Sequence record: DRR378314_1897
DNA: 36,465 nucleotides
Strand: one strand, 5' to 3'
In this document: positions 1-10,133 of the stretch, piece by piece
Layout of the letters: every line of letters begins with the position of its first letter
How positions within the stretch are numbered: position 1 is the first letter of the stretch
Position numbers and translations under genes: made by a program
Notes under the pieces: generated by a model
What the model was told of the DNA's origin: nothing
Database searches by the model: none
The model's input: only the letters and a program-made list of their open reading frames with translations

Positions 1-876
1 CTCGTTCATCATGGTGAACATGGCGCGCATGCCCTTGTGTTCGACGCCCAGCAGATAGCCAGTGGCGTCATCATAGTTCATCACACAGGTGGAATTGCCG
101 TGGATGCCCATTTTTTCCTCGATAGAGCCAACGGTTGCCCCATTGCGATCGCCCAGAGAACCGTCTTCGTTCACGATGAACTTGGGTACGATGAACAGGG
201 ACACGCCTTTGATGCCTTCGGGGCCGCCTTCGATTTTTGCTAGCACCAGATGGATGATATTGTCGGCCATGTCGTGCTCACCGGAAGAGATAAAGATCTT
301 CTGGCCGGTGATCTTGTAGGAGCCATCCGCCTGTGGCACCGCCTTGGTGCGCATCAAACCCAGATCAGTGCCGCAATGCGGTTCGGTCAGGTTCATGGTG
401 CCTGTCCAGTCGCAGGAGACCATATTGGGCAGGAAGGTATCTTTCTGCTGGTCCGTGCCATGGGCAAGGATTGCAGAGGCCGCACCATGGGTCAGACCCT
501 GATACATGGTAAAGGCCTGATTTGCCGCAGAAAACATCTCGCCCACGGCAGAGCCGATGACTTGCGGCATGTTCTGGCCGCCGTATTGCTCTGGCATGTC
601 CAGACCGGTCCAGCCGCCTTCCTTGACCTTTTCAAAGGCCTCTTTGAACCCGGTGGGCGTATAAACCACACCGTTTTCCAGCCGGCAGCCTTCAGTGTCG
701 CCAACAGTGTTCAGCGGGGCGATCACTTCAGAGGTCAGCTTGCCAGCCTCTTCCAGAATGGCAGAGGTGAAATCAGGCTCCAGATCTTCATATCCGGGGG
801 TGCTGGCCTCACTGATTTTCAACACATCGTGCAGCACGAACTGCATGTCTTTCGTAGGGGCTGTATATGTCGGCAT
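1..876 (-). CDS. Long acyl-CoA dehydrogenase (DmdC/FadE5-like), runs off the left edge
   Basis: Not in ORF track (no stop in window). Manual translation from ATG at 876: [20 protein letters not shown]...[17 protein letters not shown]...[14 protein letters not shown]...[18 protein letters not shown]...[12 protein letters not shown]; typical ACAD motifs; GGAG upstream on minus strand. Confidence 0.92.
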   Translation of the reverse strand, partial: MPTYTAPTKDMQFVLHDVLKISEASTPGYEDLEPDFTSAILEEAGKLTSEVIAPLNTVGDTEGCRLENGVVYTPTGFKEAFEKVKEGGWTGLDMPEQYGGQNMPQVIGSAVGEMFSAANQAFTMYQGLTHGAASAILAHGTDQQKDTFLPNMVSCDWTGTMNLTEPHCGTDLGLMRTKAVPQADGSYKITGQKIFISSGEHDMADNIIHLVLAKIEGGPEGIKGVSLFIVPKFIVNEDGSLGDRNGATVGSIEEKMGIHGNSTCVMNYDDATGYLLGVEHKGMRAMFTMMNE

Positions 877-922
877 GAGGGTCTCCCGGAGTGTGAATTT
901 CAGGCATAAGCTGGCGGTGCTG

Positions 923-1324
923 TTACTCCGCCATGCTGGGTGTTTGGTTTAAGGAGGTCATCATCTTTTCCCCCCATTTCAGTTGTTCTTTCAGATCGTT
1001 GATCGCCGCATCGAGATCTTCGCGCTGGGCCAGCATTTCTGTCAGGCGTTCGCGGGCGATATCCAGCGCACGGGTGATCTGGGTTCTTTGCTGGTCGCCG
1101 CGGTGGTACAGGTCCAGCAGCTGGCGAATTTCTTCGAGACTGAATCCGAAGCGCTTGCCGCGCAAGATCAGCTTCAGCCGCGCGCGGTCGCGTTTTGTAA
1201 ACAGGCGCTTTTGCCCTTCGCGGATCGGGAACAGCAGTTCCTTCGCCTCGTAGAACCGCAGGGTGCGCGGTGTTACATCGAAAGTGTCGCACATCTGGCG
1301 GATTGTCATCAAATCACTGGTCAT
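923..1324 (-). CDS. MerR-family regulator (LiuR-like)
   Basis: Mer[24 protein letters not shown] and [18 protein letters not shown]; directly upstream of an acyl-CoA dehydrogenase as is usual for LiuR. Confidence 0.9.
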   Translation of the reverse strand: MTSDLMTIRQMCDTFDVTPRTLRFYEAKELLFPIREGQKRLFTKRDRARLKLILRGKRFGFSLEEIRQLLDLYHRGDQQRTQITRALDIARERLTEMLAQREDLDAAINDLKEQLKWGEKMMTSLNQTPSMAE

Positions 1325-1412
1325 TTCGTTTTACTCTCATCACATGGGTACATCGTGGTGCTGTTGGCTGCGATGTGTGATGTCTCTCGCATGCTTACAA
1401 CACCTCGTTAGG

Positions 1413-1457
1413 TTGACGTAACGTGGACGTCACGTCACTTTGAGGGGTGACGTGACG
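1413..1457. promoter_or_regulatory. LiuR-like ACGT-NN-ACGT operator region with overlapping 11-bp inverted repeat
   Basis: TTGACGTAACGTGGACGTCA (1413-1432) contains TAACGT-GG-ACGTCA; cgtcacgtcac 1428-1438 is the perfect reverse complement of gtgacgtgacg 1447-1457. Confidence 0.6.
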
Positions 1458-1669
1458 GCGTCTTTGGTAAGGCCGTATTGTCCATTTTGGTCCCGAAATC
1501 ATTATTTTTGGGGGTTGTTGGTTAACCTGAACTGCGATCCAGTCGCAATGCAAGAAAGTGGCCGTGGGTAAAAAAATCACCCATCGCGCTGCGTCAACGT
1601 CAGCGCCGCCATTTTCACAGCGCATTTGTGGCGAAAATAATGCCACACAGCCACGAAATTAACAGGGAA

Positions 1670-2050
1670 CTAGCTGTCGACTTTGTTCAGGGCCAAGGCC
1701 GTATCATCGCGCAGTTTTTTAAGCTCGCTGATCGCCTCGTCCAGCTGGGCACGTTGATCGGAGAGCTCGGACAGTTGTTCGTCAGCAAGGGTAAGCCAGG
1801 CTTTCATCTGGCTTTCGGTGCCTTCCTTTTCATAGATCAGCAACCATTGCCGCGTGACCTCAAGCGGGAAGCCGAACTTGCGGCCCCGCAGAATCAACGT
1901 CATGCGGGCACGTTCGCGCGGGCCATAGAATCTTGAACGGCCTTCGCGTTCGGGGTGCAGAAGTTCGATGTACTCATAATACCGCAAAGTGCGGGGTGTG
2001 ACATCGAATTTGGCACACATTTCTTTAAAGGTCAGGCGGTCGTCTGCCAT
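1670..2050 (-). CDS. MerR-family regulator (second LiuR-like paralog)
   Basis: [20 protein letters not shown]...RMTLILRGRKFGFPLE; clearly paralogous to 923-1324. Confidence 0.9.
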   Translation of the reverse strand: MADDRLTFKEMCAKFDVTPRTLRYYEYIELLHPEREGRSRFYGPRERARMTLILRGRKFGFPLEVTRQWLLIYEKEGTESQMKAWLTLADEQLSELSDQRAQLDEAISELKKLRDDTALALNKVDS

Positions 2051-2169
2051 TGGTCGTTACTCCCTTGGCCTTCAAGGTAGGCCGATGAAGAACGGAGCGC
2101 AACAGGTGGCCTTGCCCTTTGCTGCTGGCCTCGTGATAAAGGGCTAAATTCGGCCAAAGGATCCCCGAT

Positions 2170-2592
2170 ATGGCAGACAAAATCAAACAGGCGGGCCAGT
2201 TTATTCAGGCTCTGCCACATGCCAAGGCGCTGGGCATGGAATTGCAGGAGCTGGACGCCGGCACTGCCGCGATTTCGATGCCCTATTCCGAAGATATCAT
2301 CGGCGACCCGAAGACGGGTGTGGTGCATGGCGGGGCGGTTTCTGCGCTGCTTGATACCTGTTGCGGCGCGGCGGTGATGAGCCACCCCAGCAACCCGGCG
2401 GGGACGGCCACCATTGATTTGCGCATTGAATACCTGCGGGCGGCGACGCCGGGCCAGCGGATCAAGGCACGCGCCACCTGTTACCATGTGACCCGCTCTG
2501 TTGCCTTTGTACGGGCCACGGCGATGGACGAGGATGAAGAGGTGCCTGTCGCTATGGCCACCGGGACTTTCACAGCGGGAAGCGGCACATGA
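2170..2592 (+). CDS. PaaI-family hotdog thioesterase
   Basis: VVHGGAVSALLD motif and ATIDLRIEYLRAATPG. Confidence 0.9.
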   Translation: MADKIKQAGQFIQALPHAKALGMELQELDAGTAAISMPYSEDIIGDPKTGVVHGGAVSALLDTCCGAAVMSHPSNPAGTATIDLRIEYLRAATPGQRIKARATCYHVTRSVAFVRATAMDEDEEVPVAMATGTFTAGSGT

Positions 2593-3095
2593 TCAAACGA
2601 CCTGAGCCCGTTCAAATCGTGAAACAACGTCGTGATGGTGTGCTGCGTGCGCTGGTCGATGGGGTGCCCTATATCCGTTTCCTTGGGGTGACCTTCGAGC
2701 GGCGCGGCGATGAGCTGACTGCGATCATGCCGTTCAAGGAAGAGTTGATTGGCAACCCGATGCTGCCCGCGCTGCATGGCGGTGCAACGGCGGCATTTCT
2801 TGAGGTGACGGCGATCATCTCGCTGAGCTGGGGAATGATCTGGGAAGATATGGAAAGCGGTGCGCTTGAGATTGACGATATTGACAATATCTCGCTGCCG
2901 CGTCTGCCCAAGACGATTGATTTCACCGTTGACTATCTGCGCTCGGGATTGCCGCGCGACGCCTATGCGCGGGCGCGGATTACGCGGGCCGGGCGGCGCT
3001 ATGCCTCCGTGCATGTGGAGGGATGGCAGGACAACCGCGCCCGCCTCTTTGCGCAGGCGACAGGGCATTTCGTGATGCCGCAACGGGAGAGCTAA
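2589..3095 (+). CDS. PaaI-family hotdog thioesterase
   Basis: GNPMLPALHGGATAAFLE and KTIDFTVDYLRSG; ATGA overlap with previous gene. Confidence 0.9.
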   Translation: MIKRPEPVQIVKQRRDGVLRALVDGVPYIRFLGVTFERRGDELTAIMPFKEELIGNPMLPALHGGATAAFLEVTAIISLSWGMIWEDMESGALEIDDIDNISLPRLPKTIDFTVDYLRSGLPRDAYARARITRAGRRYASVHVEGWQDNRARLFAQATGHFVMPQRES

Positions 3096-3096
3096 G

Positions 3097-4443
3097 GTGG
3101 AGGCCCGCGCCCCGGAGGCGGCCGAAGCCGTGGGCCACAGACGGGTGCTGCGCATCGCCGTGCCGATTGTGATTTCCAATGCCACTGTGCCGATTTTAGG
3201 CGCGGTGGATACCGGCGTTGTCGGGCAAATGGGATTGGCTGCCCCCATCGGTGCTGTGGGTCTTGGCGCGATTGTTTTATCAGCCTTCTACTGGTTCTTT
3301 GGCTTTTTGCGGATGGGCACGGTGGGGCTGACTGCGCAGGCTGCTGGTGACAATGATCACGCAGAGGTCACCGCGCTTTTAACGCGCGGCCTGCTGATTG
3401 GCCTGGGGGCAGGGCTCGCGGTGATTCTGCTGCAAATCCCATTGTTCTGGGCGGCCTTCACAGTGTCGCCTGCCTCGTCCGAGGTGGAAACCCTTGCCCG
3501 TCAATATATGACGATCCGTATCTGGTCAGCCCCTGCCGCTATTGCAATCTATGCGATCACCGGCTGGTTGATCGCGCAGGAGCGTACCCGCGCCGTTCTG
3601 GTTATCCAGCTGTGGATGAACGGGCTGAACATCGCATTGGACATGTGGTTTGTGCTGGGCCTTGGCTGGGGTGTGCAGGGCGTTGCCTTTGCAACCTTTC
3701 TGGCAGAGTGGAGCGGTCTGGCCGTGGGGCTGTGGTTTTGCCGCGGCGCATTTCGCACGCCGGACTGGCGCAATTGGGTGCAGGTGTTCAACCGTTCGCG
3801 CTGGGTACGGATGGTTCGGCTGAACACGGATATTCTGATCCGCTCAATTCTGCTTGAGGCGATTTTCCTGTCCTTTGTCTTTCTTGGTTCGGACATGGGG
3901 GATGTGACCCTGGCCGCCAATCAGGTTCTGCTGCAATTTCTGATGATCACGGCCTACGGGCTGGACGGTTTCGCCTTTGCCGCTGAGGCGCTGGTGGGCC
4001 GGGCAGTGGGCGCGCGACAGGTTGATGCCTTAAGGCGTGGCGCGGTGCTGGCGTCCTTCTGGGCCGGTCTGGTGTCGGTGCTGATGACGGTGTTGTTCTG
4101 GGTCATCGGCCCGCAGATCATTGATCTGATGACCAAGGCCCCTGAGGTTCAGGCCACAGCACGGGTGTTTCTGCCTTATCTTTTGGCGGTGCCGGTGCTG
4201 GCCTGCGCAGCCTTTATGCTGGACGGGATATTCATCGGGGCCACACGGTCACGCGATATGCGCAACATGATGGCCCTGTCCTTTGCGATATTTGTCGTTG
4301 CTGTGGTGATCCTTGTGCCGGCCTATGGCAATCACGGGCTATGGGCGGCAATGCTGATCTCTTTTGTGGCACGCGGCATCACGCTGGGTCTGTGTTATCC
4401 GGCACTGGAACGCGCCGTTCAGTCCGCACCGGCTAAAGCATGA
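3097..4443 (+). CDS. MATE-family efflux transporter (DinF-like)
   Basis: 448 aa, ~12 hydrophobic segments, PIVISNATVPILGAVDTGVVG and FLRMGTVGLTAQA typical of DinF-type MATE; GTG start. Confidence 0.9.
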   Translation: MEARAPEAAEAVGHRRVLRIAVPIVISNATVPILGAVDTGVVGQMGLAAPIGAVGLGAIVLSAFYWFFGFLRMGTVGLTAQAAGDNDHAEVTALLTRGLLIGLGAGLAVILLQIPLFWAAFTVSPASSEVETLARQYMTIRIWSAPAAIAIYAITGWLIAQERTRAVLVIQLWMNGLNIALDMWFVLGLGWGVQGVAFATFLAEWSGLAVGLWFCRGAFRTPDWRNWVQVFNRSRWVRMVRLNTDILIRSILLEAIFLSFVFLGSDMGDVTLAANQVLLQFLMITAYGLDGFAFAAEALVGRAVGARQVDALRRGAVLASFWAGLVSVLMTVLFWVIGPQIIDLMTKAPEVQATARVFLPYLLAVPVLACAAFMLDGIFIGATRSRDMRNMMALSFAIFVVAVVILVPAYGNHGLWAAMLISFVARGITLGLCYPALERAVQSAPAKA

Positions 4444-4777
4444 CCTCAACCGCTTCGGGTGGGCGACCGATAACCGCTTGGCCATCTTTGAGGGCAATCG
4501 GTCGTTCGATCAGGATCGGGTTTGCGGCCATTGCGGCCAGCAAGGTGTCGTCATCCATGTCTTTGCGCAGGCCCAGTTCCTTGAACAGCTTTTCACCGGA
4601 GCGCATCATCTTAATCGCAGGGAGGTCTCCCAAGGCCTGGCGCATCTGCGCAATTTCTTCAATCTTCGGTGCGTCCTGAAGGTACAGCCGAACCGTCACA
4701 TCAACGCCTGCCGCCTCGATCAGCGCGAGAGTCTGGCGCGATTTGGAACAGCGCGGGTTGTGCCAAAGAGTAATCAT
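4433..4777 (-). CDS. arsC: ArsC-family (glutaredoxin-type) arsenate reductase-like protein
   Basis: HNPRCSKSR active-site motif and LIERPI...IGRPPE; no other ars genes nearby, so may be the YfgD-like housekeeping type. Confidence 0.85.
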   Translation of the reverse strand: MITLWHNPRCSKSRQTLALIEAAGVDVTVRLYLQDAPKIEEIAQMRQALGDLPAIKMMRSGEKLFKELGLRKDMDDDTLLAAMAANPILIERPIALKDGQAVIGRPPEAVEVML

Positions 4778-5817
4778 AACCAGTCCTTTCGTTTACTACC
4801 CACCGCATCTGCAACCGTGGCAAAGCCGTCTTTGGCGAGCAGATCATCCAGCCCGCGCACAATCTGAGCGACCAGTGACATGCCGCCGAAGACCAGTGCG
4901 GTATAGAGCTGCACTGCCTGCGCACCGGCACAGATTTTCGCATAGGCTTGTTCAGCGGATCCAACTCCGCCAACCCCGACCAGCGGGATGTCTGTCAGCG
5001 TGGAAAGCCGCGCCAGAACGCGGGTGGATTTGTCAAACAACGGTGCCCCTGACAGCCCGCCCGCCTGGGCGGCGTGATGACTTCGCAACCCGGCGCGATC
5101 CAGCGTGGTGTTTGTGGCGATGATGGCCGCGACCCCGGCAGAGTTGGCAACCTCCGCCACATCTGCGATTTCGGCCTCGGTCAGATCGGGGGCGATTTTC
5201 AGAAAGACCGGTGTGGCACCGCGTACATCCATCACCCCTTCCAACAGGGCCGCCAGCGCCGCCTTGCCCTGTAGATCGCGCAGCTTTTCCGTATTGGGAG
5301 AGGAGACATTGACGGTGGCGAAATCGACGTGGTTGCGGGCGGCCTCCATGACCCGGGCAAAATCAGCGGCGCGGTCGTCGCTGGTTTTATTCGCGCCAAG
5401 GTTCAGGCCCACGGGCACACCTGTGCCGCGCTGCGCCAACCGGTTGCAAATCGCCTCTGCCCCGTCGTTGTTAAATCCGAACCGGTTGATCGCGGCCTGA
5501 TCCCGGGTCAGGCGAAACAGACGGGGTTTGGGGTTGCCCGGTTGCGGCAGGGGCGTTGCGGCCCCGACTTCGATGAACCCGAACCCGGCACGCGACAGCG
5601 GTGCGATGGCGGTGGCGTTTTTGTCAAACCCGGCGGCAAGGCCAACTGGATTGGGCAACTCCATCCCGGCCAGCGTGGTTTTCAGGCGTGCAGAGGTCAC
5701 CGGTCCCGGCGCAGGGACCAGCCCCATCCGCAGGGCGCGGATCGCCAACCCATGGGCCAGCTCAGGATCAAGCCGATGCATCGCCGTGAGGCCCAGACGT
5801 TCGATCAGCGCATTCAT
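4774..5817 (-). CDS. pyrD: Quinone-dependent dihydroorotate dehydrogenase
   Basis: [56 protein letters not shown] motifs of class 2 DHODH. Confidence 0.97.
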   Translation of the reverse strand: MNALIERLGLTAMHRLDPELAHGLAIRALRMGLVPAPGPVTSARLKTTLAGMELPNPVGLAAGFDKNATAIAPLSRAGFGFIEVGAATPLPQPGNPKPRLFRLTRDQAAINRFGFNNDGAEAICNRLAQRGTGVPVGLNLGANKTSDDRAADFARVMEAARNHVDFATVNVSSPNTEKLRDLQGKAALAALLEGVMDVRGATPVFLKIAPDLTEAEIADVAEVANSAGVAAIIATNTTLDRAGLRSHHAAQAGGLSGAPLFDKSTRVLARLSTLTDIPLVGVGGVGSAEQAYAKICAGAQAVQLYTALVFGGMSLVAQIVRGLDDLLAKDGFATVADAVGSKRKDWL

Positions 5818-6245
5818 GCAAAATATTCCGTGATATCGGCACCCTGACTGCGGATCAGCCGCGAGGTTTTAACCGCCGCCTGCCGGTGCACAACGGCGCG
5901 TTGATAGTCGGGATCAGACACCATCGCCAGAAACGCATGTGCGTTGGGATATTGCGCGATGAACATCGCATCCCATGCCTCATCAGAGGGGCCGATCAGC
6001 GTCAGTTCAAAACTGGCGCGCCAGAGAATACTGCCCCCGACTTTCGCAAGGATCGGGCCGGTTTCCTGCCCGTAGTGTCCATAGGCCTGCGCGCCGGTCA
6101 GCCCGTCGCGGGCGAGTTCATGATCACCGGGATAATTTGCCAGATCATTGAACCGCACAAGGTTGAGCATGTTCAATTCACTGTCGCGGTCCAGATCCTT
6201 GAAAGCATCAAACTGGGCGCGGTCTGGATCAATATATCGGTTCAT
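5814..6245 (-). CDS. DUF1330-like protein
   Basis: Likely start ATG 6245 ([12 protein letters not shown]) after GAGG, overlapping upstream stop by 4 bp; MLNLVRF...AY..YG...GG.ILW...WD....A.YP...AFLAMV.DPDYQ....HRQAAV pattern. Confidence 0.75.
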   Translation of the reverse strand: MNRYIDPDRAQFDAFKDLDRDSELNMLNLVRFNDLANYPGDHELARDGLTGAQAYGHYGQETGPILAKVGGSILWRASFELTLIGPSDEAWDAMFIAQYPNAHAFLAMVSDPDYQRAVVHRQAAVKTSRLIRSQGADITEYFA

Positions 6246-6592
6246 TGGCTTGCCTCTTCGAAACCGGGCGGGAATTGGTGCTGGCCCTCGATCAGTGGTA
6301 AGGGCTGGGCCCAAACCACATCCTCCAGCAGCATCTTGCGATACAGATGCGGGAACAGGGCATTTCCGCGTGACACTTCCCATTTCAGCGCCTCGCCAGC
6401 CGCCGCTGCATCAACGGCGATCAGGAATAAACCATCCACACCGGCAAAATGTTTGGCAGCGGTTTCGCGTGCCTGTTCTGCGGTAGAGAAATGCACATAG
6501 CCATCGGCTAGATCAATCGGCGCACCGGCGGTTTCGCGGTTTTCACGCAGCGCTTGCCATTCGTCGGTTCGGAAAATTTTGAAAATTAACAT
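6242..6592 (-). CDS. DUF952-domain protein
   Basis: MLIFKI...GAPIDLADGYVHFST...LKWEVSRGNALFPHLY; DUF952 typically precedes pyrD in alphaproteobacteria; start trimmed to ATG 6592. Confidence 0.88.
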   Translation of the reverse strand: MLIFKIFRTDEWQALRENRETAGAPIDLADGYVHFSTAEQARETAAKHFAGVDGLFLIAVDAAAAGEALKWEVSRGNALFPHLYRKMLLEDVVWAQPLPLIEGQHQFPPGFEEASQ

Positions 6593-6771
6593 GATGGGGT
6601 GATGCCCGTCCGGCACCAAGGCGTCAAGTCGGCAACACGCCTTCTATGGGTGTTATACGTCCAGTTGAACAGGCGGCGGCAAGCGAATTTGTAAGCCCGG
6701 CCAACAACCTCTTTGACAGCCTGCGGGTCAGGGGCCACGATGCCACATAGATTCCATTTGGGGGAAAACCA

Positions 6772-8331
6772 ATGAAACGATTCCTGACAAGCGTTGCGGC
6801 TTTTGGCCTGATGGCAGGTGGTGCCGCGGCCGATTATCAACTGACTATCCTGCACACCAACGACTTTCACGATCGGTTTGAACCGATCAGCAAATATGAC
6901 TCCACTTGTGGGGCGGAAGACAACACCGAAGGCAAGTGTTTTGGCGGTATCGCACGGATGATCACAGCCATCGGCGAGGCCCGTGGCCGCGCCGGTGACG
7001 ATGTGCTGCTGCTGGACGCAGGCGATCAGTTTCAGGGGTCATTGTTCTATTCGCAGTATGGCGGCGACCTTGCGGCCGAGTTCATGGCGCAGCTTGAGTA
7101 TGACGCGATGGCGGTGGGCAACCACGAGTTTGATGACGGCCCAGAGGGGCTGGCCGATTTTCTGGACAAGGTTGGGTTTCCGGTGCTTTCCGCAAACATT
7201 GACGTAAGTCAGAACAACCGTCTGGCCGACAGGGTGGGAAAATCCGCCGTGCTTGAAGTTGCTGGCACGCAGGTTGGTGTCGTTTCCGTATTGGCGGAAG
7301 ATACACCTGAGACATCTTCACCCGGCGACACAGTGATCTTTTCCAGCGCAGTGCAGGCAGCACAGGCGGAAATCGACCGGCTGACGGGCGAAGGTGTGAA
7401 CAAGATCGTTCTGCTGACCCATGTAGGCCTGCCCGCTGACAAGCGGCTTGCGCAGGAACTGACAGGTGTGGACCTGATCATCGGCGGTCATAGCCATACC
7501 TTGCTGTCAAATACCGCAGAACGTGCCGAGGGTCCGTATCCTACCGTGGAAAACGACGTGCCGATCTTTCAGGCCTATGCTTATGGTAAATATTTGGGTG
7601 AAATCAGCGTAACCTTTGATGATGCCGGCGCGGTGACAGAGATTTTCGGTGAACCGATCCTGCTGGACGCTTCGGTGAGCGAAGACGCGGCTACGGTTGC
7701 CCGTATGCAGGAATTGGCCAAACCACTGGAAGAACTGCGCAGCCAGGTTGTGGCGGAAACCTCCGATATGATCGAAGGATCGCGTGATGCCTGCCGTGCT
7801 GGTGAATGCCCGATGGGTAATCTGGTCGCTGACGCGATGCTTGACCGGGTGAAAGATCAGGGCATTCAGGTTGCCATCCAGAACGGTGGCGGGCTGCGCT
7901 CTTCCATCGATGCCGGAGAGGTGACAATGGGGGAGGTGCTGACCGTGCTGCCGTTCCAGAACACCCTGTCGACCTTTGAGGTAACCGGTGATGTCTTGGT
8001 TGCGGCGCTGGAAAACGGCGTCAGCCAGATCGAGGACGGTGCGGGTCGGTTCCCACAGGTTGCCGGGCTTACCTTTGCCTTTGATGCCAGTGCTGAATCG
8101 GGTAGCCGTATCAGCGATGTAATGGTTGGCGGCGCGCCGGTTGAAATGGACAAGACCTATGGCGTGGTGTCCAACAATTATGTGCGCAACGGTGGTGATG
8201 GCTACGCGATGTTCAAGACAGCAGCCAAGGCATATGATTTCGGCCCTGATCTGGCAGATGTAACAGCGGAGTATATCGCAGCGAATGCGCCTTATACCCC
8301 TTACACGGACGGGCGGATCACAGCGAAGTAA
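6772..8331 (+). CDS. Periplasmic 5'-nucleotidase / UDP-sugar hydrolase (UshA-like)
   Basis: Signal peptide; metallophosphoesterase motifs ILHTNDFH, DAGDQFQG, GNHEFD, LLTH, GGHSH; C-terminal NGGGLR, VLPFQN, GRFPQVAG. Confidence 0.94.
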   Translation: MKRFLTSVAAFGLMAGGAAADYQLTILHTNDFHDRFEPISKYDSTCGAEDNTEGKCFGGIARMITAIGEARGRAGDDVLLLDAGDQFQGSLFYSQYGGDLAAEFMAQLEYDAMAVGNHEFDDGPEGLADFLDKVGFPVLSANIDVSQNNRLADRVGKSAVLEVAGTQVGVVSVLAEDTPETSSPGDTVIFSSAVQAAQAEIDRLTGEGVNKIVLLTHVGLPADKRLAQELTGVDLIIGGHSHTLLSNTAERAEGPYPTVENDVPIFQAYAYGKYLGEISVTFDDAGAVTEIFGEPILLDASVSEDAATVARMQELAKPLEELRSQVVAETSDMIEGSRDACRAGECPMGNLVADAMLDRVKDQGIQVAIQNGGGLRSSIDAGEVTMGEVLTVLPFQNTLSTFEVTGDVLVAALENGVSQIEDGAGRFPQVAGLTFAFDASAESGSRISDVMVGGAPVEMDKTYGVVSNNYVRNGGDGYAMFKTAAKAYDFGPDLADVTAEYIAANAPYTPYTDGRITAK

Positions 8332-8353
8332 AGCTGCTTAAATAAATAGAGAG

Positions 8354-8384
8354 AAAGGCGCATCCAATTGGGTGCGCCTTTTTT
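8354..8384 (+). terminator. Rho-independent terminator of the nucleotidase gene
   Basis: aaaggcgcatcc-aatt-gggtgcgccttt stem (one G.U) ending in a T run. Confidence 0.85.
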
Positions 8385-8455
8385 GATAAGGCTGGCAGCG
8401 GCAAAAAGCTTCCACTTTGACGCATCCCGGTCTTTACCCAAGCAGAATAATCAGG

Positions 8456-8899
8456 ATGATTTTACGCCGTTCTTTTATCGGCATCTCTATTCTCGGAGGA
8501 TTGATAGGCACTTTCTTCCTGACCGGGGTGCTGATCAATGCGCTGGGTCTGAATGTCACCTTTTATGACGCAATTTGGAGCGAATTGGACGGCATCTATT
8601 CAACCACCGTTGCTGTCGGGGAAGATACGGAATTTTGCCTGTGCCCTGCATATGTTTGTGAATCGAGCTCGGAGGCTGCGATGCTTACACATCCAACGAT
8701 TTGGGGGTGGCGAAACTTTCAATACTTTCGTGCCCCAGCTTTTCCCAAAACTGAACAATCACCTCGGCACAAAGCAGAAAACCCAAAACCGATCCATGCG
8801 TTGGGCGAACAAGAGTACTGTTTAATGAAACGGGAGGGCGATATTTTGTCTCTGACCTTAAGCGAAAATGGGGGCGCATTCTGGCTTGATATCAAATAG
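8456..8899 (+). CDS. Hypothetical membrane-anchored protein
   Basis: ORF with one N-terminal hydrophobic helix and a Cys cluster (FCLCPAYVC); visibly AT-richer than flanks; start at ATG 8456 is a guess (ORF opens at 8417). Confidence 0.55.
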   Translation: MILRRSFIGISILGGLIGTFFLTGVLINALGLNVTFYDAIWSELDGIYSTTVAVGEDTEFCLCPAYVCESSSEAAMLTHPTIWGWRNFQYFRAPAFPKTEQSPRHKAENPKPIHALGEQEYCLMKREGDILSLTLSENGGAFWLDIK

Positions 8900-8925
8900 C
8901 GCCTTAGCTGGAGGCGCTCTTCTTT
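8898..8925 (+). terminator. Possible terminator hairpin
   Basis: agcgcct 8898-8904 pairs with aggcgct 8912-8918, followed by cttcttt; lies between convergent genes. Confidence 0.45.
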
Positions 8926-8962
8926 GAGCTGTCATTCAAGGTTCTGCCGCGCTGTTGGATTG

Positions 8963-10003
8963 CTATTCCTTTGGGGAGGTGCCCTCGCGATAGCTTGCCG
9001 GGGATTGGCCATAGACCCGTTGAAACTCCCGATAAAAGTTCGAACGCGTCAGGAACCCCGATTGTGACATCACCTTGGCCACGGAATCTTCGGTGTCGCG
9101 CAGCAGCTGTGCCGCATGCTCCAGCCGGAAACCATTCACATATTGGGATACATTCATTCCCTGACTGACGTTGATCGCGTTTGACAGGCTGCGCTCTGGC
9201 ACGCTTAGCCGTCGTGCGATCCGTTGCACTGTCAAATCGGGGTCAAGATAGATCTGGCTACGGAGCAGCATGGCGCGGGCGGTGGCTTCCAGTGTGGCTT
9301 CGTCGCTTTCTGCCGGGATGTCGGGTTTGACCTTGGTGGGGCGTTGTAGGGCGATGAGGGTTGGAATGCTGGTCAGGATCAACAGCAACAAAGCAATCAG
9401 CAAGGCAGAGCCGAAGGTCACCAATGCGGGGGCCGACGCACCGCGGGCCATGACAAAGCTGAGCGCAATGGCGGTGTCCAAAATGAGAAGACCCAGCAAT
9501 AACCCAACAGCACCATACATCCAGCGGATCGCAGGGCGGGCGATGTCCAGACGGGCATGGATCAGGTTGTCAGGTCCACGTCGCGCCAGACGCAGCAGCA
9601 GGCCGGTATAGACCAGATAGCTGGCGCTGATCACCAGATCGAAATCACGAAAGATATTGGCGAATAACCCAAGGCCCAATGCGAGCAGAACCGCGACCCC
9701 GAGATGCAGCAGTGCATGTCTGCGAAACGATGCCCCGTCCACCGCCAAAGCCAGAAACCCCAGATAGAGCAGCGGGCCCACCGACATCGGCAGCACCCGC
9801 TGAAAGGTAATGAACCGCTCCACACCATAGCCGAAACGCAAGCCGACCAGCAGTGATTGCAGTGCAAAGCTGGTGAACAGTAACGCAAAGAAGATGCCCG
9901 AGATCCGCCGCCCCAGATCCAGACGCAGCATCAAGGGGGCGATCACCACACAGAGGCTTGCGGCAAGGATGGGCAATGGAACCGAAAGCATTTGCGTGTC
10001 CAA
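8963..10003 (-). CDS. AraC-family regulator with N-terminal membrane domain
   Basis: ~7 hydrophobic segments then YLDPDLTV..IARRL....LSNAIN...YVNGFRL..A..LL...SGFLTRSNFYREF; TTG start preceded by AAAGGAGG. Confidence 0.9.
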   Translation of the reverse strand: MDTQMLSVPLPILAASLCVVIAPLMLRLDLGRRISGIFFALLFTSFALQSLLVGLRFGYGVERFITFQRVLPMSVGPLLYLGFLALAVDGASFRRHALLHLGVAVLLALGLGLFANIFRDFDLVISASYLVYTGLLLRLARRGPDNLIHARLDIARPAIRWMYGAVGLLLGLLILDTAIALSFVMARGASAPALVTFGSALLIALLLLILTSIPTLIALQRPTKVKPDIPAESDEATLEATARAMLLRSQIYLDPDLTVQRIARRLSVPERSLSNAINVSQGMNVSQYVNGFRLEHAAQLLRDTEDSVAKVMSQSGFLTRSNFYREFQRVYGQSPASYREGTSPKE

Positions 10004-10057
10004 ACCTGTCCTCCTTTACGCGCGACCTGTCCTAGATCGTGATAGAGGACAGGGTTT
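10002..10057. promoter_or_regulatory. Triple CCTGTCCT motif in divergent promoter region
   Basis: cctgtcct at 10005-10012 and 10026-10033 (21-bp period) and inverted aggacagg at 10046-10053. Confidence 0.55.
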
Positions 10058-10133
10058 GCCGTCTCAACCCGTTGTTTTGTTGGGGGTAACCCGCAATCTC
10101 TGGGGCATCACGCCCATTGAAGGAACATGAGAC

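Noticed and set aside
1-876. Assigning dmdC (DMSP demethylation pathway)
   Set aside because: Same ACAD subfamily, but sequence alone cannot separate it from fatty-acid or branched-chain paralogs, and the gene is truncated by the window.
4433-4777. Arsenic resistance operon
   Set aside because: Solitary ArsC-family gene coupled to pyrD; no arsR, arsB, acr3 or arsH.
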